Assembly: GCA_000383815.1 (NCBI GenBank)
Contig: KB912743.1
Coordinates: 12,945 to 76,944 of the forward strand
DNA length: 64,000 bases
From: an actinobacterium SCGC AAA027-J17
GTDB lineage: Bacteria; Actinomycetota; Actinomycetes; Nanopelagicales; Nanopelagicaceae
Reading direction: 5' to 3'
Notes under the pieces: model-generated
What the model was told of the DNA's origin: nothing
What the model saw: only the letters and a program-made list of their open reading frames with translations
Databases searched by the model: none
Position numbers and translations under genes: made by a program
Shown here: positions 49,439 to 60,931 of the stretch, one piece after another
Layout: each line of letters opens with the position of its first letter
Numbering within the stretch: the first letter of the stretch is position 1

Positions 49439-50776
49439 GTGAGTACCCCAGAGAACAACCCAGATAAGGCAGCAAAGGTTTTTGCTGATGACCGTGCATA
49501 TGTTTTCCACTCTTGGTCAGCACAGGGGCAGATCACACCAATGACAGTTGCCGGCGGCGCCGGTTCATATTTTTGGGATTTCAATGGTAAGAAGTACTTA
49601 GATTTTTCATGTCAATTAGTTTTTACAAATATTGGCCATCAACATCCAAAGGTAATTGCAGCGATCAAAGAGCAAGCTGATGTGCTTGCAACTGTGGCGC
49701 CACAACATGCCAATGAGGCAAGAAATGAAGCAGCAAAAAGAATCACTGGGGTCGCAGGAGATAGCTTTAAAAAGGTTTTTTTTACAAACGGTGGCGCAGA
49801 TGGTGTAGAAAATGCGATCCGAATGGCCAGACTTCACACCAACAAGCACAAAGTTTTATCTACCTATCGTTCTTATCATGGCAATACTGGCTCTGCGATA
49901 AATGCAACTGGTGATCCAAGAAGATTTCCAAATGAGTTTGGTTATGGACATGTGCACTTCTGGGGTCCATATCTTTATCGCACCGCTTTCTGGGCAACTA
50001 ATCAGGAAGAGGAGTGCCAGCGAGCACTTGAGCATTTAGAGCAAACAATTATTTTTGAAGGTCCAAAGACAATTGCAGCAATCGTAATTGAATCAGTACC
50101 AGGAACAGCTGGTGTGTTAGTACCACCTGCAGGATATCTAGATGGCTTGCGAGCACTTTGTGACAAGTATGAAATTCTTTGGATTGCAGATGAGGTTATG
50201 TCTGGCTTTGGTCGAACTGGTAAATGGTTTGGTTTCCAGCACTCTAAATCAACCCCTGATTTAATTGTCTTTGCTAAGGGTGTTACCTCAGGTTATGTGG
50301 CACTTGGTGGAGTCATAATTCCAGAAAAAATTGCGAAGACATTTGACGAGCGAGTATTCCCAGGTGGGCTTACCTACTCTGGTCACCCACTTGCTTGCGC
50401 TACTGCAGTTGCAACTATTGATGTAATGAAGAGTGAGAAGATGGTAGAAAATGCTGCCAGTATTGGTGAGAAAATACTTGGACCTGGATTAAATGAGTTA
50501 GCGAAAAAACATCAGGTAATTGGCGATATTAGAGGCGCAGGTGTTTTCTGGGGAGTAGATATGGTCACCGATAGAAAAACACGTGAACCACTTGCGCCAT
50601 ATGGTGCATCTAGTCCAAAGATGAATGAGATTGTGGCAACCTGTAAGAAAAATGGTTTGATGCCATTTAATAACTTCAACCGAATTCACATGGTGCCACC
50701 ATGCAATATCTCTGAAAGTGATGCCAAGTTAGGCTTAGAGTTACTATCTAAGTCACTGACTGAGATCGGTCTCTAG
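49439..50776 (+). CDS. Class III omega-amino acid aminotransferase (taurine/beta-alanine-pyruvate type)
   Basis: VFHSWSAQ, YLDFS.QL, FFTNGGA, YRSYHG, IADEVMSGFGRTG, FAKGVTSGY, GGLTYSGHP. Confidence 0.88.
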   Translation: MSTPENNPDKAAKVFADDRAYVFHSWSAQGQITPMTVAGGAGSYFWDFNGKKYLDFSCQLVFTNIGHQHPKVIAAIKEQADVLATVAPQHANEARNEAAKRITGVAGDSFKKVFFTNGGADGVENAIRMARLHTNKHKVLSTYRSYHGNTGSAINATGDPRRFPNEFGYGHVHFWGPYLYRTAFWATNQEEECQRALEHLEQTIIFEGPKTIAAIVIESVPGTAGVLVPPAGYLDGLRALCDKYEILWIADEVMSGFGRTGKWFGFQHSKSTPDLIVFAKGVTSGYVALGGVIIPEKIAKTFDERVFPGGLTYSGHPLACATAVATIDVMKSEKMVENAASIGEKILGPGLNELAKKHQVIGDIRGAGVFWGVDMVTDRKTREPLAPYGASSPKMNEIVATCKKNGLMPFNNFNRIHMVPPCNISESDAKLGLELLSKSLTEIGL

Positions 50777-50876
50777 CAGTAAGTAGATTTACCGCTAGTA
50801 ATCCACAGTTTTTAACTTTTATGCATTACTAACATTTTTTTCTTTATAGTTTCCAAACACAAACTTTTGGAGCTAT

Positions 50877-51089
50877 ATGAATCTAACAATGCAAATAATT
50901 CGAGTAAATCTCCTCTTAAAATCTAAAGCTATTGCTTTCATTAAGAGCGACAGTCGCGGTGATGTTCCTGGCTGGGTATTAGTAGTACTTATGACCACTG
51001 CTTTGGTTACTGGCATCTGGTCAATCGCTGCGCCAAAACTAACCACAATCTTGCGCAACTCATTGGATGCAATGGGCGGTATCAGGTAG
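50877..51089 (+). CDS. Flp-type pilin-like protein
   Basis: SRG|DVPGWVLVVLMT motif typical of actinobacterial Flp pilins upstream of prfB; GGAG RBS. Confidence 0.75.
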   Translation: MNLTMQIIRVNLLLKSKAIAFIKSDSRGDVPGWVLVVLMTTALVTGIWSIAAPKLTTILRNSLDAMGGIR

Positions 51090-51413
51090 TTGCGCAAGCT
51101 ATTACTTGCCCAGCACCGCGGATCAGTTGAATCACTACTAACCATACTTCCGCAGGTTTTTGTATTTTTAGTGATGTTTCAACTGATCTTTATGCAATTC
51201 AATGTCATGCGTTCAACCAATTTAAATCAAGGAGAGTTAGCAACCACAGCAATTACTGGCTCAGGTGCAAGCTATCAGCGATACCCACTTATCGGCGGTG
51301 GATCTGTATTAGTTGTTGATGAAAAGAGTGATACAAAGAAGTTTATTGATTTTGGCAATCTTGCTAGTAAGAAAATCTTGGCAATTGCAGTAGATGAAGA
51401 TGCGAGCAATTAG
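51090..51413 (+). CDS. TadE-like pseudopilin (divergent)
   Basis: RG|SVESLL + hydrophobic helix. Confidence 0.55.
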   Translation: MRKLLLAQHRGSVESLLTILPQVFVFLVMFQLIFMQFNVMRSTNLNQGELATTAITGSGASYQRYPLIGGGSVLVVDEKSDTKKFIDFGNLASKKILAIAVDEDASN

Positions 51414-51798
51414 GTTTTTAGAAAAATCAGATAAGGGCTCAGCAACTGCAGAGTTTGTTATCTTCACCCTGCCCTTTTTTACCGCTTTTTTAATTTTGAT
51501 TACAACTGTCTCCAGTAAGACTCTTGCGATCTCAGAGAGTGAAAACCTAGCCAGGCAGACGGTGCGAGCCTTTGTTACTTCACCAAGTGCGGATTTAGCA
51601 ATGGCCAGGGCCCATCAAGTAGTAGAGATTTATAAATCAAAGCGATCAGTAAGTGGTAATCAACTGCGGCAGATTGAATTAAATATCTTCTGCAGCTTCT
51701 ACCCATGTTTTTCTCCTGGAAATATGGTCACCGCAACTATCACTGTTGGCAAAAGTGAAAAGGCATCAGCTAGTGAGTATGTTGATCTATGGCGATAA
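51394..51798 (+). CDS. TadE-like pseudopilin
   Basis: DKG|SATAEFV + TM; ARQTVRAFVTS, C...PC..PG, VDLWR. Confidence 0.75.
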   Translation: MKMRAIRFLEKSDKGSATAEFVIFTLPFFTAFLILITTVSSKTLAISESENLARQTVRAFVTSPSADLAMARAHQVVEIYKSKRSVSGNQLRQIELNIFCSFYPCFSPGNMVTATITVGKSEKASASEYVDLWR

Positions 51799-52259
51799 AA
51801 ACAATAATTTTTGGCAAGAGCCGTGGTTCGTTGATCCCACTCTCATTTGGTTTTTTTCTACTCGCCATGACCCTAACTTTTATATCGATAAATGTTGCCT
51901 CTGCTTACTCTGTAAAAAAGCAATTAACCAATCTGGCTGAGGCGGCAATTAATAGATCTGCTCAATCTATAAACACACTTGCCTACTATGCCGAGATAAA
52001 TAGATTTAACAGAGAAAAACGGGTCCCGCTTGATTGCCTTTCAGCTCAAGGCAAGTTTTATCAATTGATTAATCAAGCAAGATTGCATGAGAAACAAATT
52101 AAAGTAGATCACTTTAAATGTGAACTATATGAAGTATCTGCTCAAGTTTCGATCGCTGGCAATATGCCAATTCAGATACCATTTATGGAATCTGTTGCGT
52201 TAAATAGATTGATAATCTCCACTCAAGTTGGCGCAAGTTCGGTATACATCCCTAATTAG
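51789..52259 (+). CDS. TadG-like pseudopilin
   Basis: RG|SLIPL + TM; L..LAEAA; Cys pair. Confidence 0.65.
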   Translation: MAIKTIIFGKSRGSLIPLSFGFFLLAMTLTFISINVASAYSVKKQLTNLAEAAINRSAQSINTLAYYAEINRFNREKRVPLDCLSAQGKFYQLINQARLHEKQIKVDHFKCELYEVSAQVSIAGNMPIQIPFMESVALNRLIISTQVGASSVYIPN

Positions 52260-52273
52260 ATTACCCTTGCCCT

Positions 52274-53380
52274 ATGGCTACCCGGGATTATCAAGATGAG
52301 ATCAACAAGATTGATATCACCCTTAAGTCAATTGAGCAGGTTTTAAACCTACCGAAATTAATTGAAAATGCGGCCGAACTTGAAGCCCAAGCTAGTGTGC
52401 CAAATCTTTGGGATGATCCCCAAGCAGCTCAGGTAATTACAAGCAAATTATCTAGAGCGCAATCAACGATAAATAAGATTAGTTCGATTCGAAGTAGATT
52501 AAATGATCTGCCAGTAATGGTTGAGTTATCAGCAAATGAAAGTGATAAGGCATCTGCTTTTAAAGAGGTTGATAAAGAGTTAGATGAGTTAACTCAAGTA
52601 ATTAATGATCTTGAGGTGCAGACTTTGTTAAGTGGTGAGTATGACGAGCGGGATGCGCTGATGACCATTAGATCAGAGGCTGGTGGGGTAGAGGCTGCTG
52701 ATTGGGCGCAGATGCTGATGCGGATGTATGTAAGATTTTGTGAACGCCATAATTACAAAATCGATGTTTTGGAGACCTCATATGCTGAAGAGGCTGGAAT
52801 TAAATCAACCACATTTCGAATCTCATCCCCATATGCATACGGCAGACTTTCGGTAGAGCAGGGAACACATCGCTTAGTTCGTATCTCACCCTTTGATTCC
52901 CAATCTCGCCGCCACACATCCTTTGCTGGTGTTGAGGTTGTGCCAGTAGTTGAGCAAAGTGATCACATTGAGATTGAAGAAAAAGACTTAAGAGTAGATG
53001 TCTATCGCTCATCTGGCCCTGGTGGTCAAGGTGTTAACACCACCGATTCAGCGGTGAGAATTACCCACACACCATCTGGAATTGTTGTCTCCTGCCAAAA
53101 TGAAAGATCACAAATTCAAAACCGGGCAACTGCGATGGCGGTATTGCAATCTAAATTATTAGAACGACGCCGATTAGAAGAACGAGCCAAAATGGATGCT
53201 CTAAAGGGTGATAACTCTGGCTCTTGGGGAAATCAAATGAGATCTTATGTACTTGCTCCATATCAAATGGTGAAAGATCTGCGGACAAATTTTGAAGTTG
53301 GAAATCCATCTGCGGTTTTAGATGGTGATTTGGATGGATTTATTGAGGCAGGTATTAAATGGCGCAAGGGGCGCGAGTAA
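52274..53380 (+). CDS. prfB: Peptide chain release factor 2
   Basis: SPF and GGQ motifs; continuous ORF without frameshift. Confidence 0.96.
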   Translation: MATRDYQDEINKIDITLKSIEQVLNLPKLIENAAELEAQASVPNLWDDPQAAQVITSKLSRAQSTINKISSIRSRLNDLPVMVELSANESDKASAFKEVDKELDELTQVINDLEVQTLLSGEYDERDALMTIRSEAGGVEAADWAQMLMRMYVRFCERHNYKIDVLETSYAEEAGIKSTTFRISSPYAYGRLSVEQGTHRLVRISPFDSQSRRHTSFAGVEVVPVVEQSDHIEIEEKDLRVDVYRSSGPGGQGVNTTDSAVRITHTPSGIVVSCQNERSQIQNRATAMAVLQSKLLERRRLEERAKMDALKGDNSGSWGNQMRSYVLAPYQMVKDLRTNFEVGNPSAVLDGDLDGFIEAGIKWRKGRE

Positions 53381-53507
53381 TCTCACAGGCAAGCGTAAAT
53401 TCTCAGTTTTATATTGCAAAAATCAGCATTAAATCACCAATTAATTGTGGTTGCTTATCTAAACTAGCACTAGTTGATCAGCGCACTCACCTTAAGGGGT
53501 TTTGATT

Positions 53508-54197
53508 TTGATTCGTTTTGAGAATGTCACAAAGCTCTATCCCAAACAAGATAAAGCTGCCCTAGATGGGGTCAACCTAGAGATTACTAAGGGTGAGTTT
53601 GTTTTCTTAGTTGGTTTATCTGGTTCTGGAAAATCAACCTTTTTAAGATTAGTACTGCGCGAGGAGCGACCAAGCTCAGGTGTGATTCATGTGGCAGGAA
53701 AAGATTTAAATACTTTGGCAAACCATAAGGTGCCAGAGCTACGCCGACAGGTTGGAACTGTTTTCCAAGATTTTAGATTGCTGCCAAATAAAACTGTCTC
53801 AGAAAATGTTGCTTTCACTTTACATGTTCTTGGCTACTCCAAAAAACAGATTAGCCGAGATGTGCCAGAGGTTTTAGAGTTAGTAGGACTTGAAGAAAAA
53901 GGCGATCGTAAGCCAAGTGAGTTATCAGGTGGTGAGCAACAACGAGTTGCCATTGCAAGAGCTTATGTTTCCAGGCCCACAATTTTGATTACCGATGAGC
54001 CAACTGGAAACTTAGATCCAGCTACCTCAGTTGGCATTATGAAATTACTAGATCGCATCAATCGAGAGGGCACCACAGTTGTAATGGCAACTCATGATGC
54101 TGGAATTGTCGACCAAATGCGAAAGCGAGTAATTGAATTAGAAGGTGGCCATGTAATCCGCGATCAAGCTCGTGGTGTCTATGGCTATACCGGTTAA
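53508..54197 (+). CDS. ftsE: Cell division ABC ATPase FtsE
   Basis: [42 protein letters not shown]; TTG start 8 nt after AAGGGG. Confidence 0.95.
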   Translation: MIRFENVTKLYPKQDKAALDGVNLEITKGEFVFLVGLSGSGKSTFLRLVLREERPSSGVIHVAGKDLNTLANHKVPELRRQVGTVFQDFRLLPNKTVSENVAFTLHVLGYSKKQISRDVPEVLELVGLEEKGDRKPSELSGGEQQRVAIARAYVSRPTILITDEPTGNLDPATSVGIMKLLDRINREGTTVVMATHDAGIVDQMRKRVIELEGGHVIRDQARGVYGYTG

Positions 54198-54226
54198 AGA
54201 TAAGATGAAAAAGATAGGGTTACCAA

Positions 54227-55129
54227 ATGCGCGCTAAGTTTGTAATGAGTGAGGTAGGCATAGGCCTGCGCCGAAACCTAACAATGACCTTTGCAGTGGT
54301 AATTACTGTTGCCATCTCCTTGTCCCTTCTAGGTGTTGGCTTACTGGCAAACTCACAGGTGCGAGTAATGAAGGATTATTGGTATGACAAGATTGAGGTT
54401 TCAATATTTCTCTGTGGATCACTCTCTGAAGGACAATCATGTGCAAGTGGTGTAATCACTCAGGACCAAAAGATTGGCATTCAACGAGATCTGCAAGCGC
54501 TACCAGTTGTGCAAGAGGTTTACTATGAATCACAAACTGAAGCATTCAAACGTTTTCAAGAAAGATTTGAAGGCTCAGCAATTGCACAAAATGTCACAGC
54601 AGATCAGCTGCCTGAGTCATTTAGGGTAAAACTAAAAGACCCAACCAAGTTTGCAGTTATTGAAAGTGCCTTTGCCGGCCGGCCAGGAGTTGATATTGTG
54701 CAAGATCAACGGGCAATCTTAGAAAAGTTTTTTGGATTACTAGGTGTTTTGCGAAATGGTGCATTAGCAATAGGTGCAGCATCAGTATTAACCGCTGCGT
54801 TATTAATTAGTAACACCCTGCGAATTGCCGCCTTTAATAGAAGGCGGGAGACTGGGGTAATGAAGCTAGTTGGTGCATCAAGCTTTTCAATTCAGTTGCC
54901 ATTTTTATTAGAGGGTATCTTTGCCGCCGTATTTGGCTGGCTAGTCTCAACTGGATTTTTATCTGCATTTAAAGCGGTGGTGGATGCAAAGGTAGCGCCA
55001 CTTTTAACCTTCACTCAGTTTTTCACCTGGCGAGATGTTTGGGTGGCAAGTGCCTGGCTGTTATTAACAGGTTTATTTGTTTCCGGGTTAGCATCAGTGC
55101 TCACCTTGCGCAAATATCTAAAGGTTTAA
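54227..55129 (+). CDS. ftsX: Cell division permease FtsX
   Basis: [36 protein letters not shown]. Confidence 0.93.
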   Translation: MRAKFVMSEVGIGLRRNLTMTFAVVITVAISLSLLGVGLLANSQVRVMKDYWYDKIEVSIFLCGSLSEGQSCASGVITQDQKIGIQRDLQALPVVQEVYYESQTEAFKRFQERFEGSAIAQNVTADQLPESFRVKLKDPTKFAVIESAFAGRPGVDIVQDQRAILEKFFGLLGVLRNGALAIGAASVLTAALLISNTLRIAAFNRRRETGVMKLVGASSFSIQLPFLLEGIFAAVFGWLVSTGFLSAFKAVVDAKVAPLLTFTQFFTWRDVWVASAWLLLTGLFVSGLASVLTLRKYLKV

Positions 55130-55164
55130 CCACCTCCGCACAACTGAAAGATTGGGGGTTGCTT

Positions 55165-55644
55165 GTGGTCAAAGAGTTAGGCAAGAAAGTAATTGCCCAA
55201 AATAAAAGCGCCCGCCATGACTACTTTATTGAAGAGGTCTATGAGTGTGGGTTGGTACTAACTGGCACTGAGGTTAAATCCTTAAGAGCAGGACGGGCCT
55301 CATTAACTGATGGTTATGCAATGGCTAAAGATGGTGAGATTTGGGTAAGTGGTATCCATATTCCTGAATACAACCAGGGCTCTTGGACAAATCATCCACC
55401 AAGAAGAGATCGCAAATTACTTCTTCACAAACGAGAGATTGCTCAAATATCAGGAGTAATTAAGCAAGGCGGATTAACGCTAATTCCCCTTTCACTTTAC
55501 TTTAAAGATGGCAAAGCAAAGGTTGAGATTGCAGTTGCAAAGGGTAAGAAAGCTCATGACAAGCGAAATACATTGATGGAGCGCCAATCTAATCGTGAAA
55601 TTGAGCGCGAAGTTTCTAATCGGCGATCAGGTAAATCAAATTAA
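55165..55644 (+). CDS. smpB: SsrA-binding protein
   Basis: [38 protein letters not shown]. Confidence 0.96.
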   Translation: MVKELGKKVIAQNKSARHDYFIEEVYECGLVLTGTEVKSLRAGRASLTDGYAMAKDGEIWVSGIHIPEYNQGSWTNHPPRRDRKLLLHKREIAQISGVIKQGGLTLIPLSLYFKDGKAKVEIAVAKGKKAHDKRNTLMERQSNREIEREVSNRRSGKSN

Positions 55645-55648
55645 TTAA

Positions 55649-56200
55649 ATGACATTGCGAATTGAAACGGAGCGTTTAGTTTTACGCCCAATGCTCATGA
55701 GTGATGTGCAAGATTTATATGAGTATCAATCTAATCCTCATATTGTCCGATATATACCTTGGCCTGCTAGAACGATGGAGCAGGTTAAAGAGGCAGCACA
55801 AAAGACAATAGATACTGCAAAGAGTAATTTGCAGGAGATTAATGATCATATTGTTTTGGTTTGGGAGTTAAAGACTTCTGGCAAAGTTATTGGGCAATCA
55901 AACATGGGATTGATTTCAAAAGAACATAAAACCTCAAATATAGGTTGGGTTACTCATCAAGATTTTCAGAGCAAGGGATATGCATTTGAAGCTACAAAGT
56001 CACTACTTGCATACGCATTTACTAACTTTGATTTACACCGAGTAATTGCAGATATTGATACTCGGGTACAGATTTCTGCAAATCTTGCTGAAAAACTTGG
56101 AATGAGGCGCGAAGGCACATTTATTGAAGGTGAGTTTTTTAAAGGCGAATGGTGCGATATGTGGCTCTACTCAATCTTAAAGAGAGAATTCTCCGCATAA
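55649..56200 (+). CDS. RimJ/RimL-like GNAT acetyltransferase
   Basis: IETERLVLRP, IGW...QSKGYA.EA, KLGMRREG. Confidence 0.88.
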   Translation: MTLRIETERLVLRPMLMSDVQDLYEYQSNPHIVRYIPWPARTMEQVKEAAQKTIDTAKSNLQEINDHIVLVWELKTSGKVIGQSNMGLISKEHKTSNIGWVTHQDFQSKGYAFEATKSLLAYAFTNFDLHRVIADIDTRVQISANLAEKLGMRREGTFIEGEFFKGEWCDMWLYSILKREFSA

Positions 56201-56284
56201 TTCATAGGTGATTTCTTACTTGTCATCACTGTTCCGTACAATAAGCACACAACTAAATATTGAATAGTAATTCGCTTTAATCTT

Positions 56285-56657
56285 GGGGGTGAACGGTCTC
56301 GACTTTAGTCGTTACTTCAAGGCAAGCGGGCCGAGGAAGCCGTGATGATCTCGTTAACCACAAAAACATGGCAAACTATAAGCGCAAGTAAAACTGCCGC
56401 TGATTATCAACTAGCTGCCTAAGCTAGCTCTGTTATCCGTTACCCGAAGTTTGTTCTCGCCTTCGGATCTAACGTCGCCAGAGGACTTACCTGCTAACCG
56501 TGTTACAGAGGTTAGTGGGGACAATTTTCTGTAACTGAGTCCGCAAACTACTTGTGCATGTGAGAGTTTGGACTGACAACGCGTTAATTGCACTACGCCC
56601 GTAGAAACTTTGAATTAGTGCTAGAGGACCCGGGTTCGATTCCCGGCACCTCCACCA
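56285..56657 (+). ncRNA. ssrA: tmRNA
   Basis: 5' GGGGGTGAACGGTCTCGAC pairs with 3' CACCTCC-ACCA; T-arm CCGGGTTCGATTCCCGG; tag ORF 56384-56422 ASKTAADYQLAA*; near smpB. Confidence 0.95.
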
Positions 56658-56669
56658 TTTATATCTCTG

Positions 56670-56942
56670 TTATATCTTTGGAATCACCCTAATGATTCGA
56701 TAGATCGCCATAGATGCAGTTACTACCCCAAAACTCCCAATAATTCTCGCCCCAATTGAGTTCACATTTATCATAAGAAATACCCCGATAAATATCGCAA
56801 TTACAGCAATCAAAAATGCCAAAATCTTTATCACTGCAAGTGGCAAGAGTCGTTGCGGTAAAAAGGTAAGCGCTAATGAGATAGGCCCACCCAAGGCAGT
56901 TAGCGAAATAATCACACTTGCTAGCAGAGCTAGAGATTCCAA
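56670..56942 (-). CDS. Small hydrophobic membrane protein
   Basis: 90 aa, three TM-like segments, fills gap after aceE. Confidence 0.6.
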   Translation of the reverse strand: MESLALLASVIISLTALGGPISLALTFLPQRLLPLAVIKILAFLIAVIAIFIGVFLMINVNSIGARIIGSFGVVTASMAIYRIIRVIPKI

Positions 56943-56950
56943 AAGTTTAC

Positions 56951-59707
56951 TTACCCAGAACCTTCAGTATTTCCTGCCTCTGCTGCTGTGACATCATTAA
57001 TCTGATACTTCTTTATAGCTTTCTTTACCTTACGCTTGCTGATCAATCCCTCTTTTTCTAATTGAGAAAGGGCGGCAATAGTTATTGACTCAGCATCGAC
57101 CTTAAAGTGGCGACGAAGTGCGCCTCTAGTATCTGATAAACCAAAGCCATCAGTTCCCAGTGAGTAAAAGGGTTGTTTAACCCAAGGTGAGATTTGATCC
57201 TGAACTGATCTCATAAAATCACTGACCGCAATTACTGGTCCCTTTTCCCGCTTTAACCTCTTGGTAATAAAGGCAGAAGTTTTCTTATCTGGATTTAATA
57301 AATTGTGTCGATCAACTGCAAGGCCATCTCGGCGCAGCTCATTCCAAGAGGTAACGGAGTAGATAGTTGCTGCCACCTTAAAATCATCATTTAAAAGTTT
57401 TTGTGCCTTTAGTGCCCAATTAACACTGACGCCAGAGGCCAAGATCGCAACCTTTTTATTACGCCATCTAATTGGTTTCTTCAGTAGATAAATTCCCTTT
57501 AATAAGCCATCAACATCTAATTTTTCAGGCTCAGCTGGCTGTTGGTATGGCTCATTATAAATAGTTAGGTAGAAGTAAAGATTCTCACTATTTTCACCAT
57601 ACATTCTTCTTAAACCATCTTTAACAATATGGCCAAGCTCATAACCAAATGCTGGGTCATAGGAAACTACCGCAGGATTTGTCGATGCTAGTAACAGAGA
57701 GTGACCATCCTGGTGTTGCAAACCTTCACCATTTAAGGTTGTTCTGCCAGCGGTTGCGCCAAGTACAAACCCTCGAGCAAGTTGATCACTTGCTGCCCAG
57801 AATGAGTCGCCAGTTCTTTGGAAACCAAACATTGAGTAGAAGATATAAATTGGAATCATTGGTTCATCATGGGTTGAGTAAGAGGAGCCAACTGCAGTAA
57901 ATGAGGCAACAGAGCCAGCCTCATTAATTCCCTCATGCAAGATCACACCCTCTTTTGACTCTTTGTAAGAGAGCATTAACTCCCTATCAACTGAGGTGTA
58001 ACTCTGACCATGTGGTGAGTAGATCTTTAAGGTTGGAAATAATGAATCCATACCAAAAGTTCTTGCCTCATCGGGAATGATTGGCACAAATCTCTTACCA
58101 ATATTTGGATCTTTGATTAAATCTTTAAGCAATCTAACAAATGCCATGGTGGTGGCAATCTCTTGTGTGCCAGAGCCACGCTTTACCGATTCATAACTTT
58201 CATCCTTTGGCTGTGGCAGAGCTTTTGAAACACTTCTTCTTGCTGGCAAGAAGCCACCTAACTCTTTGCGACGAGCCATCATGTATTGATACTCGGCAGA
58301 TTCAATTCCAGGGTGGCAATAAGGAGGCAACTTCGCATCTAACTCTTCATCCTTTAATGGGATAAACAATCGATCTCTAAATACCTTTAGATCATCCAAA
58401 GTCATCTTCTTCATTTGGTGGGTTGAGTTTCTAGCCTCAAAGTGAGAGCCCAAGGTCCAACCCTTAATAGTTTTAGCCAAAATTACAGTTGGCCGGCCAT
58501 TATGTTCACTGGCTGCTTTATATGCAGCATATAGTTTTTGATAATCATGACCACCACGTTTTAAGTTCCAAATATCATCATCACTCCAAGATGAGACCAT
58601 CGCAGCAGTTCTTGGATCTCTACCAAAGAAGTTATCTCTTACAAATGCGCCATTTTCAGATTTAAAGGTTTGGAAATCTCCATCTGGAGTTTTATTCATT
58701 AAATCAACTAATGCGCCCTCACGATCTGCTGCCAGTAGTGGATCCCACTCACGTCCCCAAACTACTTTGATTACATTCCAACCAGCACCACCAAAGATTG
58801 ACTCCAGCTCTTGAATGATCTTGCCATTACCGCGAACTGGGCCATCTAATCTTTGTAAATTGCAGTTAACTACAAATGTTAAGTTATCTAAACCCTCTCT
58901 GGCAGCAAGTGAGATAGCACTTAAGGTCTCCGGCTCATCAATCTCACCATCTCCTAAAAATGCCCAGACATTTTGATCACTTGTGTCTTTAAAACCACGG
59001 GCATCTAAATAACGATTAAATCTTGCTTGATAGATTGCATTAATTGGACCAATACCCATCGAAACTGTTGGGAATTGCCAAAAATCTGGCATAAGTCTTG
59101 GATGTGGATATGAGGATAAGCCGCCACCTTCATGTGATAACTCTTGGCGGAAACCATCTAATTGTTTTTGAGTCAGACGTCCTTCCATAAAAGCTCTGGC
59201 ATACATACCAGGGGAGGCGTGTCCTTGGAAAAATATTTGATCTCCACCACCTGCGTGATCTTTGCCGCGGAAGAAGTGATTAAAACCAACCTCATATAAA
59301 GAAGCACTTGATGCATAAGTTGAGATATGTCCACCAACGCCAACACCAGGACGCTGGGCTCGGTGCACCATCACCGCTGCATTCCATCTTATATAGGCAC
59401 GAATTCTTCGCTCTAAGTACTCATCCCCTGGAAAGGTTGGCTCTAGCGCTGGTGGAATTGTGTTTATGTAATCGGTGGTGCGAAGTCCTGAGACTCCAAC
59501 ATTTTTTTCATTTGCTCTTTGCAGTAATGAGAGCATTAAGTAACGAGCCCTTACCGGACCTGCATTTTTTAAAACTGCATCAAAGGATTGACGCCATTCA
59601 GCGCTCTCAGTTGGATCGGTATCAACTAATTGGTCCACCAGGTGGTCTGGGGCCTTAAAGTTTTCACTCACGGGCTTATTCTCTATCCTCAAGGGGGGTT
59701 TGGTCAT
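56951..59707 (-). CDS. aceE: Pyruvate dehydrogenase E1 component (homodimeric)
   Basis: [50 protein letters not shown]. Confidence 0.96.
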   Translation of the reverse strand: MTKPPLRIENKPVSENFKAPDHLVDQLVDTDPTESAEWRQSFDAVLKNAGPVRARYLMLSLLQRANEKNVGVSGLRTTDYINTIPPALEPTFPGDEYLERRIRAYIRWNAAVMVHRAQRPGVGVGGHISTYASSASLYEVGFNHFFRGKDHAGGGDQIFFQGHASPGMYARAFMEGRLTQKQLDGFRQELSHEGGGLSSYPHPRLMPDFWQFPTVSMGIGPINAIYQARFNRYLDARGFKDTSDQNVWAFLGDGEIDEPETLSAISLAAREGLDNLTFVVNCNLQRLDGPVRGNGKIIQELESIFGGAGWNVIKVVWGREWDPLLAADREGALVDLMNKTPDGDFQTFKSENGAFVRDNFFGRDPRTAAMVSSWSDDDIWNLKRGGHDYQKLYAAYKAASEHNGRPTVILAKTIKGWTLGSHFEARNSTHQMKKMTLDDLKVFRDRLFIPLKDEELDAKLPPYCHPGIESAEYQYMMARRKELGGFLPARRSVSKALPQPKDESYESVKRGSGTQEIATTMAFVRLLKDLIKDPNIGKRFVPIIPDEARTFGMDSLFPTLKIYSPHGQSYTSVDRELMLSYKESKEGVILHEGINEAGSVASFTAVGSSYSTHDEPMIPIYIFYSMFGFQRTGDSFWAASDQLARGFVLGATAGRTTLNGEGLQHQDGHSLLLASTNPAVVSYDPAFGYELGHIVKDGLRRMYGENSENLYFYLTIYNEPYQQPAEPEKLDVDGLLKGIYLLKKPIRWRNKKVAILASGVSVNWALKAQKLLNDDFKVAATIYSVTSWNELRRDGLAVDRHNLLNPDKKTSAFITKRLKREKGPVIAVSDFMRSVQDQISPWVKQPFYSLGTDGFGLSDTRGALRRHFKVDAESITIAALSQLEKEGLISKRKVKKAIKKYQINDVTAAEAGNTEGSG

Positions 59708-59802
59708 ATTTATACCGCCAGTCAGGCGTGATCTGGCTTAAATATAGATGAATTGGCAATTACAAGTTGCACCTTACGCCAAAGTTGGGTGGACTACTCC
59801 TA

Positions 59803-60240
59803 ATGAATTCAGCCCAGGCACCTGCTGCCACCGTTGAACGGCTTGGCATAAAACCAGATCAACTAATTCTTGAGGTTGGTTTTGACATGTCAGATTGTGA
59901 TCAAACATTACGTGATGCGATAAATACAAAAACGGGTAATCAACTTTTAGATGCCACCTCACAAGAGGTAGTAGATGCGGTAATTCTTTGGTGGCGAGAT
60001 GGTGATGGTGATTTAGTTGATGAGTTAGTAGATGCCCTTACATACCTAACTGAGGATGGACCGATCTGGCTATTTACACCAAAGGTTGGCAGAGCAGGTT
60101 ATGTTGAACCAAGTGATATTCAAGATGCAGCTCCAACTGCCGGCATGTCTCAAACCACATCATTTCCAGCTGGTGCTGATTGGACAGCAACTAGATTAAT
60201 TGCCAGACATGCTGGTAGTAATAAAAAGAAGAGTAAGTAA
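59803..60240 (+). CDS. DUF3052 family protein
   Basis: LWWRDGDGDLVD.LVDA, IWLFTPKVGR; aceE-DUF3052-ahpE synteny. Confidence 0.9.
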   Translation: MNSAQAPAATVERLGIKPDQLILEVGFDMSDCDQTLRDAINTKTGNQLLDATSQEVVDAVILWWRDGDGDLVDELVDALTYLTEDGPIWLFTPKVGRAGYVEPSDIQDAAPTAGMSQTTSFPAGADWTATRLIARHAGSNKKKSK

Positions 60241-60268
60241 ACTTAAACTAAATAATAAGGAGAAGATA

Positions 60269-60727
60269 ATGACGCTTTCAATTGGATCTGCTGCCCCAGA
60301 TTTTGAGTTAATAAACCAACATGGTGAGAAGATCTCACTTTCATCCTTTAAAGGTAAGAAGAATGTGGTCTTGGTCTTTTATCCATTCTCCTTTTCTGGT
60401 ACCTGCACCGGTGAGTTGTGTGCACTACGCGATGACTTATCAGCTTTTCAAAATGACAATGTTGAATTAATGGCAATCTCATGTGATCCAATGTATGCAA
60501 ACAAGGTATTTGCTGAGCAAGAAGGTTATAAATTCCAAGTTCTCTCTGACTTTTGGCCACATGGCGCAGCAGCGAAGGCTTATGGAACATTTGAGGAGAA
60601 CAGAGGTTGCGCCAAGCGCGGCACATTTATCATCGGTAAAGATGGCAATTTAAAGTGGCAGATTGTTAATGGATTAGGTGAAGCAAGAAGCATCCCTGAT
60701 TACAAAGCAGCGCTATCAGCCTTATAA
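60269..60727 (+). CDS. ahpE: 1-Cys peroxiredoxin AhpE-like
   Basis: APDFEL, FYPFSFSGTCTGELC, LSDFWPHG, RGTF; AAGGAG RBS. Confidence 0.9.
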   Translation: MTLSIGSAAPDFELINQHGEKISLSSFKGKKNVVLVFYPFSFSGTCTGELCALRDDLSAFQNDNVELMAISCDPMYANKVFAEQEGYKFQVLSDFWPHGAAAKAYGTFEENRGCAKRGTFIIGKDGNLKWQIVNGLGEARSIPDYKAALSAL

Positions 60728-60781
60728 AAGACTGTTGATTGGGAGTAATACTGATCTACTAGTAATATTCCCACTCTCACC

Positions 60782-60853
60782 GGGTGGTTAGCTCAGTGGT
60801 AGAGCGCCTCGTTTACACCGAGGATGTCGGGGGTTCGAAACCCTCACCGCCCA
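60782..60853 (+). tRNA. tRNA-Val (anticodon TAC), CCA not encoded
   Basis: Cloverleaf: GGGTGGT/ACCGCCC acceptor, D-arm GCTC..GAGC, anticodon arm CCTCG-TTTACAC-CGAGG, T-loop GTTCGAAAC. Confidence 0.96.
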
Positions 60854-60931
60854 CACATCACGTTTAGCGACTTACTTTAATAATTAATTCAGGATGTAAG
60901 TCAGCAAATTAATAAAAAGTATTAACGTCCG

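Noticed and set aside
52274-52360. Programmed +1 frameshift in prfB
   Set aside because: ORF is continuous; absence of the frameshift is normal in Actinobacteria
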